A stretch of DNA of 61,480 nucleotides, filler included, from Choristocarpus tenellus KU-1152 (GCA_964200185.2; 10 parts of 10 records of this genome joined end to end with filler, not necessarily neighbours in it), one strand, 5' to 3'; positions 1 to 11,348 are shown, counted from the whole stretch's first letter. Numbers and translations are program-made. The notes: generated from the letters alone by a model not told the origin.

Positions 1-1162
1 CCCCCCCAGATACTTTGACCCCTAGCGCAACAAAAACAAAGCAGAAGTCTGTGCTGCTTACAAAAAATGAATCATATAATGATATAGACAGCTTAGATAT
101 ACATCTTTCCAGACTATTAGAGCCTGTGGGTAATGAAAAACTATACTCTGGATTAGTATAACATACCTATAAAATGGAGAGAGTATATCTACAACAATAT
201 CTTGTGTATGCAATTATTTGTGTATGTCATAACCCAGACTATCTTCCATCACTGGTACTGACTAGTTGATAATATTAAATTGGCCATAAAACAATCAAGG
301 GAAGGATCCCAGAAGTCTCGCAGACACCACCTCTGTCCCAATCGGTACTGGTGTTACAGGTGAGCAGGGCAGGTCTTCTCGCACTCTAACCTGTACAAGC
401 AGTAAGCTCTCGCGCGGACCTCCCAAAACGGGGAAGTTCGATTCACTATAGTTACGATGTAAAATCTGAAACTGAGAGTAAAGCAAAGGTTTTCAGATGT
501 ATTATGGTGTCTGAAAACTCAGTAAGAACAAAATGAATGAACTGGCGTCGCCTTCTCAGGTCAGTCCTTGATTTTTGTTTGTCACGCACTCATTCTGAAA
601 GAATTATACCTTCATCTGCTGACCTGATACCTACCATCCTCGCTGGTCATCAGGTTATCGGTATACCTCAGGAGTCCTGTACGTGCATCAGCGCCATGCA
701 TAGCCTTGTGGACTGGAGCAGCACATTCGGTGGAGGTAAGCTATGGGGCGTTTTGTAACACTGGTGTTGTGGTGGTATCTTTGACTTTAAGAAGGGGCGT
801 TTCTTGACAGGAGCAGCGTAAGTTGTGATGTTTGTTACCCGTTCCTGGTACAGTCAGGTTGCCAATTGCTTTATATGACCAAACAAGTACTACAGTGTTT
901 TGCACATTTACAGGTTTTATAATATTATGATAATATACTCAGGTATTATATGGTAAATATCTCACATCATTTCACGTACCCTACCAATTGTCAGAGTTTA
1001 CAAATTCACCAGTAAATGCAGAAAAAACACAAAATTATTGATCCAAATACTAAGTAATACTACTACGTATCATTTAGAAACACATTTGCTACATAATATC
1101 ACTACAAAACTGCTTACACACTACTTTGCAAATTTGTATATCACATACGAACAAAAAGTGCA

Positions 1163-1235
1163 GACCCGAGGCGAGACTTGAACTCGCGATCTCCTCTACC
1201 CTAAAGAGGAATCTTACCAACTAGACCACCCGGAC
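1163..1235 (-). tRNA. tRNA-Pro(AGG), copy 1
   Basis: The reverse complement folds as GTCCGGG-TG-GTCT-AGTTGGTA-AGAT-T-CCTCT-TTAGGGT-AGAGG-AGATC-GCGAG-TTCAAGT-CTCGC-CTCGGGT-C. It has A and B boxes and a C73 discriminator, and a T5 Pol III terminator follows. The acceptor stem has 3 G-U pairs. Confidence 0.8.
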
Positions 1236-1609
1236 ATTTGCCTGGGGATTAACACAGCATAGTTTAACAGAACCAGGGGTGTTCTCCCTAAACTACAACT
1301 GACATTTTGAGGTTTATTAGTGCACTGGTAAATGGAGAAAAAACATAGGGCTACGAATGCAAATACTATATAATATTGCTTTTTCCCTTACACATGTGGG
1401 AAATGTCTGAAGGCAAAAGAAAAGAACATAATACTACTACGCACCATTCAGTAACATAACATTTACTACAGTGTATAAGACTACTACTTAGTTCCTCCAC
1501 AGACACCACGATCCTCAAAGTGTGCATCACAGAATGCCTCGTCGTTGAAGTATTCTCGCACCTGGAATTGGGACTATATACATTTGGATATGATATTCTG
1601 GTAAAAATA

Positions 1610-1682
1610 GACCCGAGGCGAGACTTGAACTCGCGATCTCCTCTACCCTAAAGAGGAATCTTACCAACTAGACCACCCGGGC
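1610..1682 (-). tRNA. tRNA-Pro(AGG), copy 2
   Basis: Identical to copy 1 except for C2 (acceptor GCCCGGG/CTCGGGT). 73 nt, followed by a TATTTTT terminator. Confidence 0.85.
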
Positions 1683-2603
1683 AACTCATTGATAGAAATA
1701 AAATACATCGTTATTTTATTGCCACCTTCCCTAAGGTATACCTTTTAAGTGTCCGTCGTTTAGAAGGTATCCGTCAACGTCTGTTTCTTTATACTACGAT
1801 GTGCATTTGCTTCCTAATGACCTCAATATCGATCTGGGTAAGGGAAGTGTTAGTGGTAAGAGGTTTTGACTAAAGGGTGATTATCCGCTGACATCAATTG
1901 CTGAACCATACGCTGGTCAACCACCCGGAAATCTGTATCCACAAAAATTCCAGATGATTTGTACACAAGAAGTTTCCTTCCATCTTCTAAAATAACTCAT
2001 CAAATGATTAAGGATCTTGATCATGGAAGGGTGGCAATAGATGTTCGTCTGGTTCATTCTCTTTGTATTCCTCCGCCATGAAACTCTGAAAACGATCCGC
2101 AGTAGTGTGGAACGTGTTCTGTCGTCTCCTTGATCGAACTATTTGCCAATCCGAAAGATGTGGCATATGTGGTGCTCAAAGTACGGGCAATATACTCTGA
2201 TTTTCTCCAAAAGTACTATAAAAGTACTCTCCCACTTCAAAACGATTGCCGTCGTCGCCACTGTGAAGCAGATGGAAAGAAGCCAACAGGTTCTTCGTAC
2301 TGAAGGGGAGTGGGAAGACCCACACGAGGCAAGGAAAAGGAGAGAGACAAGTCAAGAGGGAGATCAATCCCTTAGAAGATCACTCAGAAAAGGAGTGAAC
2401 AAGTGGGAAGTGATTGAGGGGGGTTTGCAAGGTCCCCTCAAACCACCCGCTATTTACTTCAAGCAGATGTTATCTTCATGCAAAAACAAATGCCATATGA
2501 ATATCAGATTCTTCTATATAGTTTACCTTTAAGGTATGCCTTATTTGGAAGATGATGGCTCTCACAACTAAACAAATTTGGATGTCATATATTGGTAAAA
2601 ATA

Positions 2604-2675
2604 GACCCAGGCGAGACTTGAGCTCGTGATCTCCTCTACCCTTCAGAGGAATCTTACCAACTAGACCACTGGGGC
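2604..2675 (-). pseudogene. tRNA-Pro pseudogene, copy 3
   Basis: Same sequence with a 1-nt acceptor deletion, anticodon loop GAAGGGT (U33 lost) and T-loop TTC changed to CTC. It lies in a ~250-bp duplication of ~1580-1840 located at ~2575-2826. Confidence 0.8.
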
Positions 2676-4039
2676 AAGTCCCTAGTATCATGAACATAGA
2701 TAGATATTCCATTTGGACCAAGGTATACCTTTGAAGTGTCCTTCGTTTAGAAGGTATGCGTCAACGTCTGTTTCTTCATATGATGTGCATTTCTTCCTAA
2801 TGGCCTTAATATCGGGTTATTTGGGTAGAGCTTACAAGCCCCTCGCATTCGCTTTGACCTTGATATTGTTGGTCATCCCCCTTCCTTGTCTCTCTCCTTT
2901 CCATTCCTCCTGTGGGTCTTCCCGTTCCCCTGAAGAATTTGTCTGCCCATTTTCAACTGTTTCATACGCTACCACAATACTCGCACAATTCCCTGCAAAA
3001 AAAATAAATAGAAGAACAGTTTACTATCAACCATTTCAATAACAATGGACAGACTAGTTACAGTCCTATTCAATAGTATTACATCTGAAAGCAAGAAATC
3101 AACTCCATTCCCACCAAGAATCAAAAAGTAATTCATTTTATATTTTTTATTTTCTAGAGTAACCAACACACAACGTTATTTATGTATTGCGAATAATGTA
3201 ACCAGAACAACTTACTACTCCAGGAAAAAAATAATACTACTTCAAGTATTTAACTAGTGTCAATCATTACCACAATTTCTACTAAATCTACTAACATTTA
3301 GGAGGGAACCACTTAATCTAGGGGGTTTTGGTGCCTTCTGGGTGCTTTTTAATATTTAATTTTTCGTGAAATTGTGTTCAACCCGTCATATCCGTTAATA
3401 TGATGTAAGGCGGTGAGACTCTATGATTTCAGCTTCAAGTTGCTTGAACTCTTGACGCCTGTCTCTAAATAATTAGCTCTCAGTGTCCACACAAAAATCA
3501 GGGCGCTTTTTGAAAGTCCGAATAGATCTCGGATTTTCTACATCGTACAAGGACAGTAGAGAAAACATTATATCACTGCAAGCGGAACAGTGAATTTCTG
3601 TACCTATCATCAGACACCCACATCCACCCCCTTCCTCCCTTAAAAAAACATCCCTGTGAAAAAGAATAGTCTGGCATCGAAGGGGTTTGAACTCACAAAT
3701 GTTAAGGGTATAGCAAAATCAGAAGGAATCAGTCAGGATCTCGCAACTCCTGACACATACAGTAGAAAAATAACGAGGGATTAAAAAATATATAAACATG
3801 ATTAGTGGTCAGGGGGAATGGGAATCGACAAACAACTAAGACAGAGGGTTTTCCCACCTCCAATCCAATCTCGAGTTATCAACACCCCAAATACAGGATC
3901 CCAGGATGAAGAATAACAAAGCAAAAGGTCGAAACAGCGGGCCACAGAGCCACCGGTAGACGTGGGGAGGCTAAGAAAGGCGAGGGGAGGACCCGGACGG
4001 CTGTAGCAAGGGAAGAGAACGGTATTTCGGTAGAATTCA

Positions 4040-5122
4040 AGTTCCCCGCCAATATTACCGAGACTGAGACAGAAGGATTGTGGTGGCAGGATAGAACAAG
4101 TGAAGGTGATTATCATGCAACAATTAATTGTGATGTTTATGCGTCAAACCAACTAAGAGTTTGGCAGAGTTGTATTTTAAGGAACACGAGAAGTGCAAAA
4201 GGACGCCAATTTGTACGATTGCAAAAAGATTTTTTCCTGAATTGTAGTGCCATTTTGTGTGTAGAAAAGGGGAATATCAATTTTGCATACACTATTGTGC
4301 ATATCATGAAATGAAATAGATATATTCCACAGGATAAGGAAGATGGCATAGAATGCAAAAGGGTGCAAACTCGACTACATCTCGACTGGTTTAGCTCTAT
4401 CCAGTGGATGGTGAAACGCCTTGCTCCCGCATTCATGTCGAGGTACACCAGGAAGAAGATGATATTGTGTCTCGGCAATAGATCGTTCCACCACGGTTTT
4501 GACAAGGAGGTGAAGTGTCCTAATGTAATCTCCAAGAGGTGTATCACAACAGACCTGTTGCACATGTACAAGGTCGAAACAACCATGTTGGACAGGGAGG
4601 TAAATACCACAACCTTGAAGTACCATCTGTAAGGGCTCTTTCTGAAGGGTAACTCTCTTTGTGGAAACGGCCAGAGTAAGGAGGAGGTTGCTCCTGTGAC
4701 GAGGGCTTTTGGCCGTGGTCACTACCCACATAACCTGCTTTAGCGGGCAGAGGTGTTTATAAGGAAGAAAGGCTGGGGTATGATTTGGACACCGCCTTAC
4801 ATACCCAAGTTTCATCCCATACATATTTTTTGGCAGAATGAGGGTGGATAGAAACCCGGAGACTGTGGCAAGCTGATTGCCCATGCCCAGAGGGAGAAGA
4901 CAAAATACATCAAAACAGAGGACAATGTATTGTAAGAAACTATTCAACCTGACAAGTGTTCCGCACGAGCTGAAAGATATGAACAAGCTGGCGAGATCAA
5001 TGGATGCCGTTGAGGCGGGAGTAGATGAGCAGATTTTGCAGGATTATGAGGTGGAACTCATCGTGGAAGATGGCAAGAATGACAATGTCAAAGCTGAAGA
5101 AGCTGAGCCTGTAATCCAATAG
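4040..5122 (+). pseudogene. Degenerate IS630/Tc1/mariner-superfamily DDE transposase (Sailor-like long spacer)
   Basis: Motifs read in order: GDYHATINCD (4104-4134), WMVKRLAPAF..KKMILCLGNRSFHHG (equivalent to the 'ILVLDNAPYHH' second-D motif, with D changed to G), and GWGMIWTPPYIPKFHPIHIFW (4771-4833, equivalent to 'LPPYSPELNPIE.W'). An acidic tail follows. There are in-frame stops at 4630 and 4741. Confidence 0.75.
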
Positions 5123-5935
5123 TGAATATCAGTAGGCGACTCAGCAACACTCGGAGTAATCAAACTACAAATAGAGTACTCCAAGCTTTTTTATCTTGAA
5201 ATGTTCTGCACTGCCAACGAAAACGATTTGAGTTACCAAAAACATATCCTATGAGCCCTATGTATATGAGCATTCCATCAGCATAGGTTGGCATCATGAA
5301 TGGGTGTAACAAGTGTGTAAATATGAAAAAACACAAACAAAATATACTAAATTCCCTTTGACAAACAATGCCCCCCTATTGCACGCTGTATGATGAATAG
5401 AAGAAGTTACTATAGCTTGATCGATGCGTTGATGTCAGCTTTCATTCCATATATATTTTATGGGATCAACAGAGCAGTAGCAGACTTTACAGCGGCTTGA
5501 ATGCCTCCAGTCTAATTGGTGGGGGGGACGTCTTTTCTCCAAATTTGGCCTAAATTCTAACCTCAAACCAACTGTGCATTAGACCCTACTTGCTGGCCGC
5601 AATCCCAACCATATTTTGTTCGTTGTCTAACTCGAAATATTACAGAAGATATGTAAAACATGAATTGAATACCACGTCCACAATAGGACTCTGGTCCAGA
5701 AAGAAGGGAGGAATATCACGAGTCGGTTAATGTTTTTGCTGTTACTACTGCATAATACATATTTCGGAAGGATAAGTAGCAGGTATGATAGGTATCAAAC
5801 AATTTTTTCCCCCCACTTTGTTCCATTTTTTGGGGTTAGGGTTAGTTTTTATATTACTTTTCGCTCATCAGTACCAATGCCCTAACAACCTATCGACACT
5901 GCGTAATGCATTGGAAGGTGAGGATGCTGGCGCTT

Positions 5936-6870
5936 CACAGGTAGGTGTACTTCTCGTCTGCAGGGTAGTTCCAGTGATTGCACAGTTGCGGGTGGAAGTT
6001 GAGCCATCGACCTTTAGGGTTGTATAATCTAGGATGGAATAATCTCCACATGATGACCTCCATGAAACAACGGATTCGTTGACGATATGTTAACTGGGAA
6101 CAATTCAGGATGGACCACAGTTTTCAGATTATCAAAGTTCAGTGTTATTCACACGATATGTGTATGTATGTATGATCTCACTTAGGAAGTAGCACAGCCA
6201 GATTTCTGAGTACGGAATATGGCGAATCGAAAGGCTCACGATCTATAAATCCTGAGTGGTGCATCGGAAAGATGAGAACTCTTTTGTCCCACAGGTACAC
6301 TTTTCGTCTTCAGTGGAGTACAAGTGGTTGCACACTTGGTACGTAGAAGTTGAGAGGTCGGTTTGGGGGAGTCAACTATCGTATTGGGAATATCGTTGAT
6401 CCGAGGACATCCTATGAAACAATCTATTCTTCCCTGTGATACCTGGGAAGACTTGATGCACGCGGTGGCTGATGGTATCAGATTTGCACCGTTTGAAGAT
6501 GTTTGTTAGATAGAAGTGATGCTGTATACGTGTAACATGATTGAGGTTCTTAGGACTTTAGTAGAGACCCTGAAAGATCGTGGGCGAAGGTCCAAGTGCG
6601 ACAAATAGGAAGAAGAGGGTTAAACGTTGAGAGGTCGGTTTGGGGAATGAACGATCGTATTGGGAACAATGTTGATCTGATGACGTCCTATGAAACAATC
6701 GATTCTTCCATGTTCCTGGGAAGACTTAGTGCACGCGGTAGCCGATGGTATCATAACATACAGGTGATCCTGAAAGGTGCAACACAACTGAGGTTCTTAG
6801 GACTTTACGAGAGGCTCTGAAAGATGTTGGGTGAGGGTCCAAATGCAAGAGATAGAGAGAAGAAAAACGT
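5936..6870. repeat. Degenerate tandem triplication (units ~350 and ~277 bp)
   Basis: GTTGAGAGGTCGGTTTGGGG occurs at 6349 and 6626, with a diverged GTTGAGCCATCG at 5998. Units 2 and 3 share CCTATGAAACAATC, CCTGGGAAGACTT, GCACGCGGT and TGAGGTTCTTAGGACTTT. Confidence 0.8.
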
Positions 6871-7183
6871 CGAGTTGCTAACCTTGAGTGAAGCTGCCAA
6901 ACGTGCCCGGATGAAGAAGTTGAAGCTGAAAACGACCGAGGATAATGAACAGAGAAAGCTAAGGGAGGACAATCTCATTGCTCCCACTTGGACTCAGGAT
7001 GGCAATTTTGAGTGTTTAGAGATCGAAGAGGATTTATGTAGAAGAGAATAATGAAGAGCAGGAGGAGGATGTGGACGAACAGGTGGATGGAGAGATGGCA
7101 TCATAAGTAGAGATTTGAAAAGGTAATAAGCCTGCAAACACAAATACTTCAATGCTTCAATTCTTCAGTGACCCGAACATCAA

Positions 7184-7450
7184 ATGAAACAGTCTTCGAA
7201 GGCCCATTCCCACACAGTACCCAGGGATGAATATTATATAGTGTTGACCATGAGCAGATTGCACTACATCTTCGTGGTCTCTTTGCTTTTCATACCTCGT
7301 ATTCCAAATCCTTCAAAGCACTTCACCGCTACACAAAGAGAAATAGAAAAGCCGTGTTCCTTGAGTCCTCCTGTACCACTCCCAATAGCACGACCTATGC
7401 CCATACAAGTGTCTCTGCCAGTTCATGCTTCCTCACGTAAAATCGTATAA
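7184..7450 (+). CDS. Small hypothetical intronless ORF (88 aa), apparent paralog of 8111-8389
   Basis: ATG start. Shares the pattern Y.VL-x4/5-YIF-x6-IP.IPNP with the 8111 ORF. Confidence 0.3.
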   Translation: MKQSSKAHSHTVPRDEYYIVLTMSRLHYIFVVSLLFIPRIPNPSKHFTATQREIEKPCSLSPPVPLPIARPMPIQVSLPVHASSRKIV

Positions 7451-8110
7451 TGGAGGTGCTTTCCCCCCAGCAATATAATATATTATTTCCACCCCATTCC
7501 AACCATCTCAAAACATCTTTAATATATCTTCATAACCATAAGGTACCTATCGGAATTCAAATTTCCTGTCATATTACCAGATGATTATCCTTACCCTCAC
7601 CTTTCACCTCATACACGTTTCATCCCATTTGCACAATAAGCGAGCAAAAAGAGTTACAACCATATACCTACGTATTTGTGTAGTCCTTCACTAAATAGTA
7701 TACTACTCATTGTTGTACATGCATTACAATTCCAAGTATTACTTCTTAGAGTTATATACATACGATACAATATTTATTTAATGATAAAATCCAATAACGA
7801 TGATGGCTCCCTACCAACAACAGAAACAGGGAGGCCTTTTTTTGCTGTTGACCCTTTTTTCCCAAAACGGTTTTACAAATATTAACTACTTTGTCGTGGT
7901 CTGTGTTCATCCCCCAGCCCCCCCTGATCTTTACCATTCACTTCTCTCCTAAAAACATCACAGCACACTGAATTTCGAGTCTACGATTTCTACGAGAAAC
8001 GAGTTTCGACGTGATCTTCATACCTTGCTACCACACCCCAACAGGACTGACTCACTACGCAAGTAGATATCTCTTCACTTACCTGTCCTTTCATCGCACC
8101 ATACAAAACG

Positions 8111-8389
8111 ATGGCATTCGTGCCAACTCCTGAGTCTGTACGGGAAACGATGAGAGATCTTTGTGGTGATGAATCGTGTACTACTACAACAGAGGATCAT
8201 GTGAGACCTGCGTGGTTCCGAGTGTATCTTGTGTTGTACTGTAGAGGGTATATCTTTGCATGTTTGCGAGGCATCATTCCGAAGATACCCAACCCTTTCA
8301 CTCACCCTCAACCAAGGTCTGCACTCCGCATCAAGCCTTCTCTCTTCTGTGGAACATGTCAATCTCAGCTTAACAGGAATTCGACCTAG
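8111..8389 (+). CDS. Small hypothetical intronless ORF (92 aa)
   Basis: ATG in a strong context (AAAACGATGG). Cys-containing, including a C-terminal CGTC. Shares the motif above with the 7184 ORF. Confidence 0.35.
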   Translation: MAFVPTPESVRETMRDLCGDESCTTTTEDHVRPAWFRVYLVLYCRGYIFACLRGIIPKIPNPFTHPQPRSALRIKPSLFCGTCQSQLNRNST

Positions 8390-9391
8390 GGAGTTCAATT
8401 ACTCGTAAGAGTTCACAGGTGTTCCTCGTCCTAATTCAAGTTCTTTAGTACGTAGGAATAACGAGAGGTCTATATTGTAATGTAGTATAATATATACGGT
8501 ACATTTACGAAAAATAGTGTGCTGTACAGAGAGAGGAGAGAGGGATGATATTCACTGGGTCGAACTTGGCCAATACATGCTGAACACGAGATTAGTCACA
8601 ACCGGGTAGAAATCTCTTTCCGTGCTGATTAAGATTAAGATGGAGTGGGCGTATCCTATCATTGGTCTCCTTGTCCACCCTATGTATAGTCTGCAACTTG
8701 ATGGAGAGGATGGTGAGCCTGGTCGCTCGATACTACTGTTGTGATCGCACTCTACGAATGCAAATAACCCACCCCAATCTCATCATTCCGCTCTGTTTCG
8801 TTGCACTCGGTAGATGGATGCAGTGAATGTGTGGTTCTGACTGATATAACCAGGTCCAGATCAATGTAGATTGATTTCTGACGAGGCAGCGTTGATGTTT
8901 CTTGTTGGGGATTGCGGTTGTCTATTGGAGCTGGACGTGCACCCCAAACCCCACTCATTCCCCCTCATTCAAGATCTCGTACTGATAAACTTTGTTTGTA
9001 GATATTTGCAGTTGTAGTTCAGGGTGGCGAAGCTCTTGGATCTTGGCCCCCTTAACATACACACCCCGAAACACGAGATCATACGTCATGCCCATCCTGT
9101 TCTCGCTAATGCTGCTTCTTACTCGTTCGAGACTTAATTCTTCTCACTACCCTCCCTAGTCACCACCCTTCCTAATTCCCCCTTTCATATTGCGAATGGG
9201 CCCCCACAAGGTTACAAGCAAACGTCTAGGTATTTTCATCACCTCGGTTGTGTTGAGTCCACTGTATGTTGCCGCCCTGTGTTACATCAAGTAGAATAAC
9301 CTACACCGTCTACTCTTTCCCCACAAGGAACTCAATTTTACATTGTGTCAGAGACTGAGACTCTCATCTCTCTTTCCCACACCGTCATCAG

Positions 9392-11348
9392 ACTCTAGCT
9401 AGCATCAAGTTGCGTACTGGCGAATCACTGCCAGATATTATCGTGGAGTCGCTAAGGATGTCTACCAAGACAGCTTTCTCCACTGTGATGCAGGAGGTGA
9501 TACATGCAACAGGAACCACCGACCACATTGTATACGCCCAACAACATTCCTGGTAGAGGAAATAATGAGAGAAATGTAGTGGTGGACTTTGCAGCAAGTG
9601 GTGAGATCAAGCTGTCAACGAGAATGAGTAAGGTGTAAGTGTACCTTCTTTCTGGGGGGCAATTCAATAGTGATTTCAGGTAGGATTCATTAGATGTGGG
9701 AGGTGAGTTTGTACTGCCCGACAGCAGCAATATTACTTCACCCAATGGTGGGAGGTGATCTTTCCGTTTGTGGTCCTACTTGCTTGTCTATTCAACTTTA
9801 AACTGCATCTGACGAAGACAAGAGCTTATTCCCCCTCCCCCTTGAACGAACAAAGGTCCAATCTTTTCTTGATGCCGTAGAGGCTGAGAACAAAGAGTTG
9901 CTAGCAAGCAATCTATTAAGGGGGACAGCTAGAGGGCCCTTCACACTGGGAGAAAACCCCAAGAGACTTGAAGCGCTTGAAAGAGAAAAGACCGAAGCTT
10001 GCAGAGAGGCCCGTGTCAGTCAAGAGGTGAATACGGTTATTATAGGCAGGGTAGCATAATAGTTTGCACCTTCTGTACTGTGTTATATGCTGTGACAACA
10101 ATGGCAACCTTTGCACAACAAATATACCTCTATTCCCAAAGGCTAAGTGACTGCAATCAATGCTGCACAATCCTTATCTACCACTGAACTCCCACCATGG
10201 TTAGGGCAGATGCATACAATAGTAAAAGTTAGGGTTAGGGTTAGGTTTACTAACCCATACAATAGTAGAAGTTGGGACGTGAGCTTTTATTCCGTGCAGC
10301 ACCATTGATCTTTGTCTTTTCATGTGCCCATCTATTTGCTTGAAGTTTTAAGCAGTGGTTTTGATGCACTACTGTTGTTTACTAAATGGACCTTCAAAAT
10401 GTGTACTGTATGTTATCCGTGTTCTCAAACCAGGAACTTGCAAATGCTAAGATTTTCTGGAATCAGGAGAAGGCTGACCTGGAGGATAGGCTGAGAACAG
10501 TGGATCATGCACGCTTTGCAGCTGAATGCATGGCAAAGCGATCTATGGCCCAGGAAGCTTCCTGCCAAGAGGAGCTGAGGGATATGACAATAGCCAAGAA
10601 GGCTGCTGAGGTCAAGGCATCTATACTCGAGAAGGTGGTCTTGTTACACAGCGGAAGAATGTCTGTAGTCGAAGAATGTCTGTAGTCAGGAAGATGGAGA
10701 GCGTACTGTTTGATGATCCAGAGTGTTTTGAATGCAACGCATGAGATGATAACCAGAGTGCAAAATAGTCATGGGAGGATACACCCAGTAGTATGAGGAT
10801 GAGTTCTAGAGGGGGGTTTTTGTTTGAAAGGTCCCAAATGTAGAGTTTTGTTACTTGTGAAGGAAATCTATCTGGGCTTAGAGTTAGCAATTGATATCAT
10901 ATTAAAATTGCGTTTCAATTAGCATTGCCCCAATCAAATGGGATTGCTTTCCCCAACGAATATATATATATATATAAATGTACTGAAAGGCATACATGAA
11001 CTAAGTTCTAGGAGTGATATACTGCTTGTGTCTTGTACTATCTACTAAGTGGAAACTAAGCTTTATTCCTTGAACTATTTTTCATATTGCACATGTATCC
11101 TCAAGTCTCCCAGAGGAGGGTTTATGGTTAATTGGGTGGCGTTGCTGTGAACTAGGATACAAACTAGCCTTCATTGAAGAGGCTCAAATGACACAGGACT
11201 CAATCAGGGTCTCAAAATTCCGCCAAAATGTCAAGTGGACCTCTCCTGACTTGACCTCCCCCAGGAGATGCTTGAGATGCGTGCCAAGCTGGAGGCACAA
11301 GAGAGTGGCAGCTTGCGCCTGCAGCAGAAATGTGATCTGGCAGACCAG
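9392..11348 (+). CDS. Multi-exon coiled-coil protein, partial (runs off contig)
   Basis: Phase-consistent GT-AG exons at 9881-10026 (AENKELL..EARVSQE), 10434-10634 (ELANAKIFWNQEKADLEDRL..ILEK) and 11265-11348 (EMLEMRAKLEAQE..DQ). E/K/L/A-rich heptad character. Further exon(s) probably start at 9392. Confidence 0.65.

Noticed and set aside
1195-1210. CTA/TTA in the anticodon region suggesting a suppressor tRNA
   Set aside because: On the coding (minus) strand the 7-nt loop is TT-AGG-GT, i.e. Pro.
1163-2675. 73-bp near-identical repeats as a CRISPR-like array
   Set aside because: The repeats fold as tRNA, the spacing is 450-1000 bp and irregular, there are no cas genes, and the context is eukaryotic.
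4375-4986. 203-aa and 157-aa minus-strand ORFs
   Set aside because: They are antisense shadows of the plus-strand transposase pseudogene.
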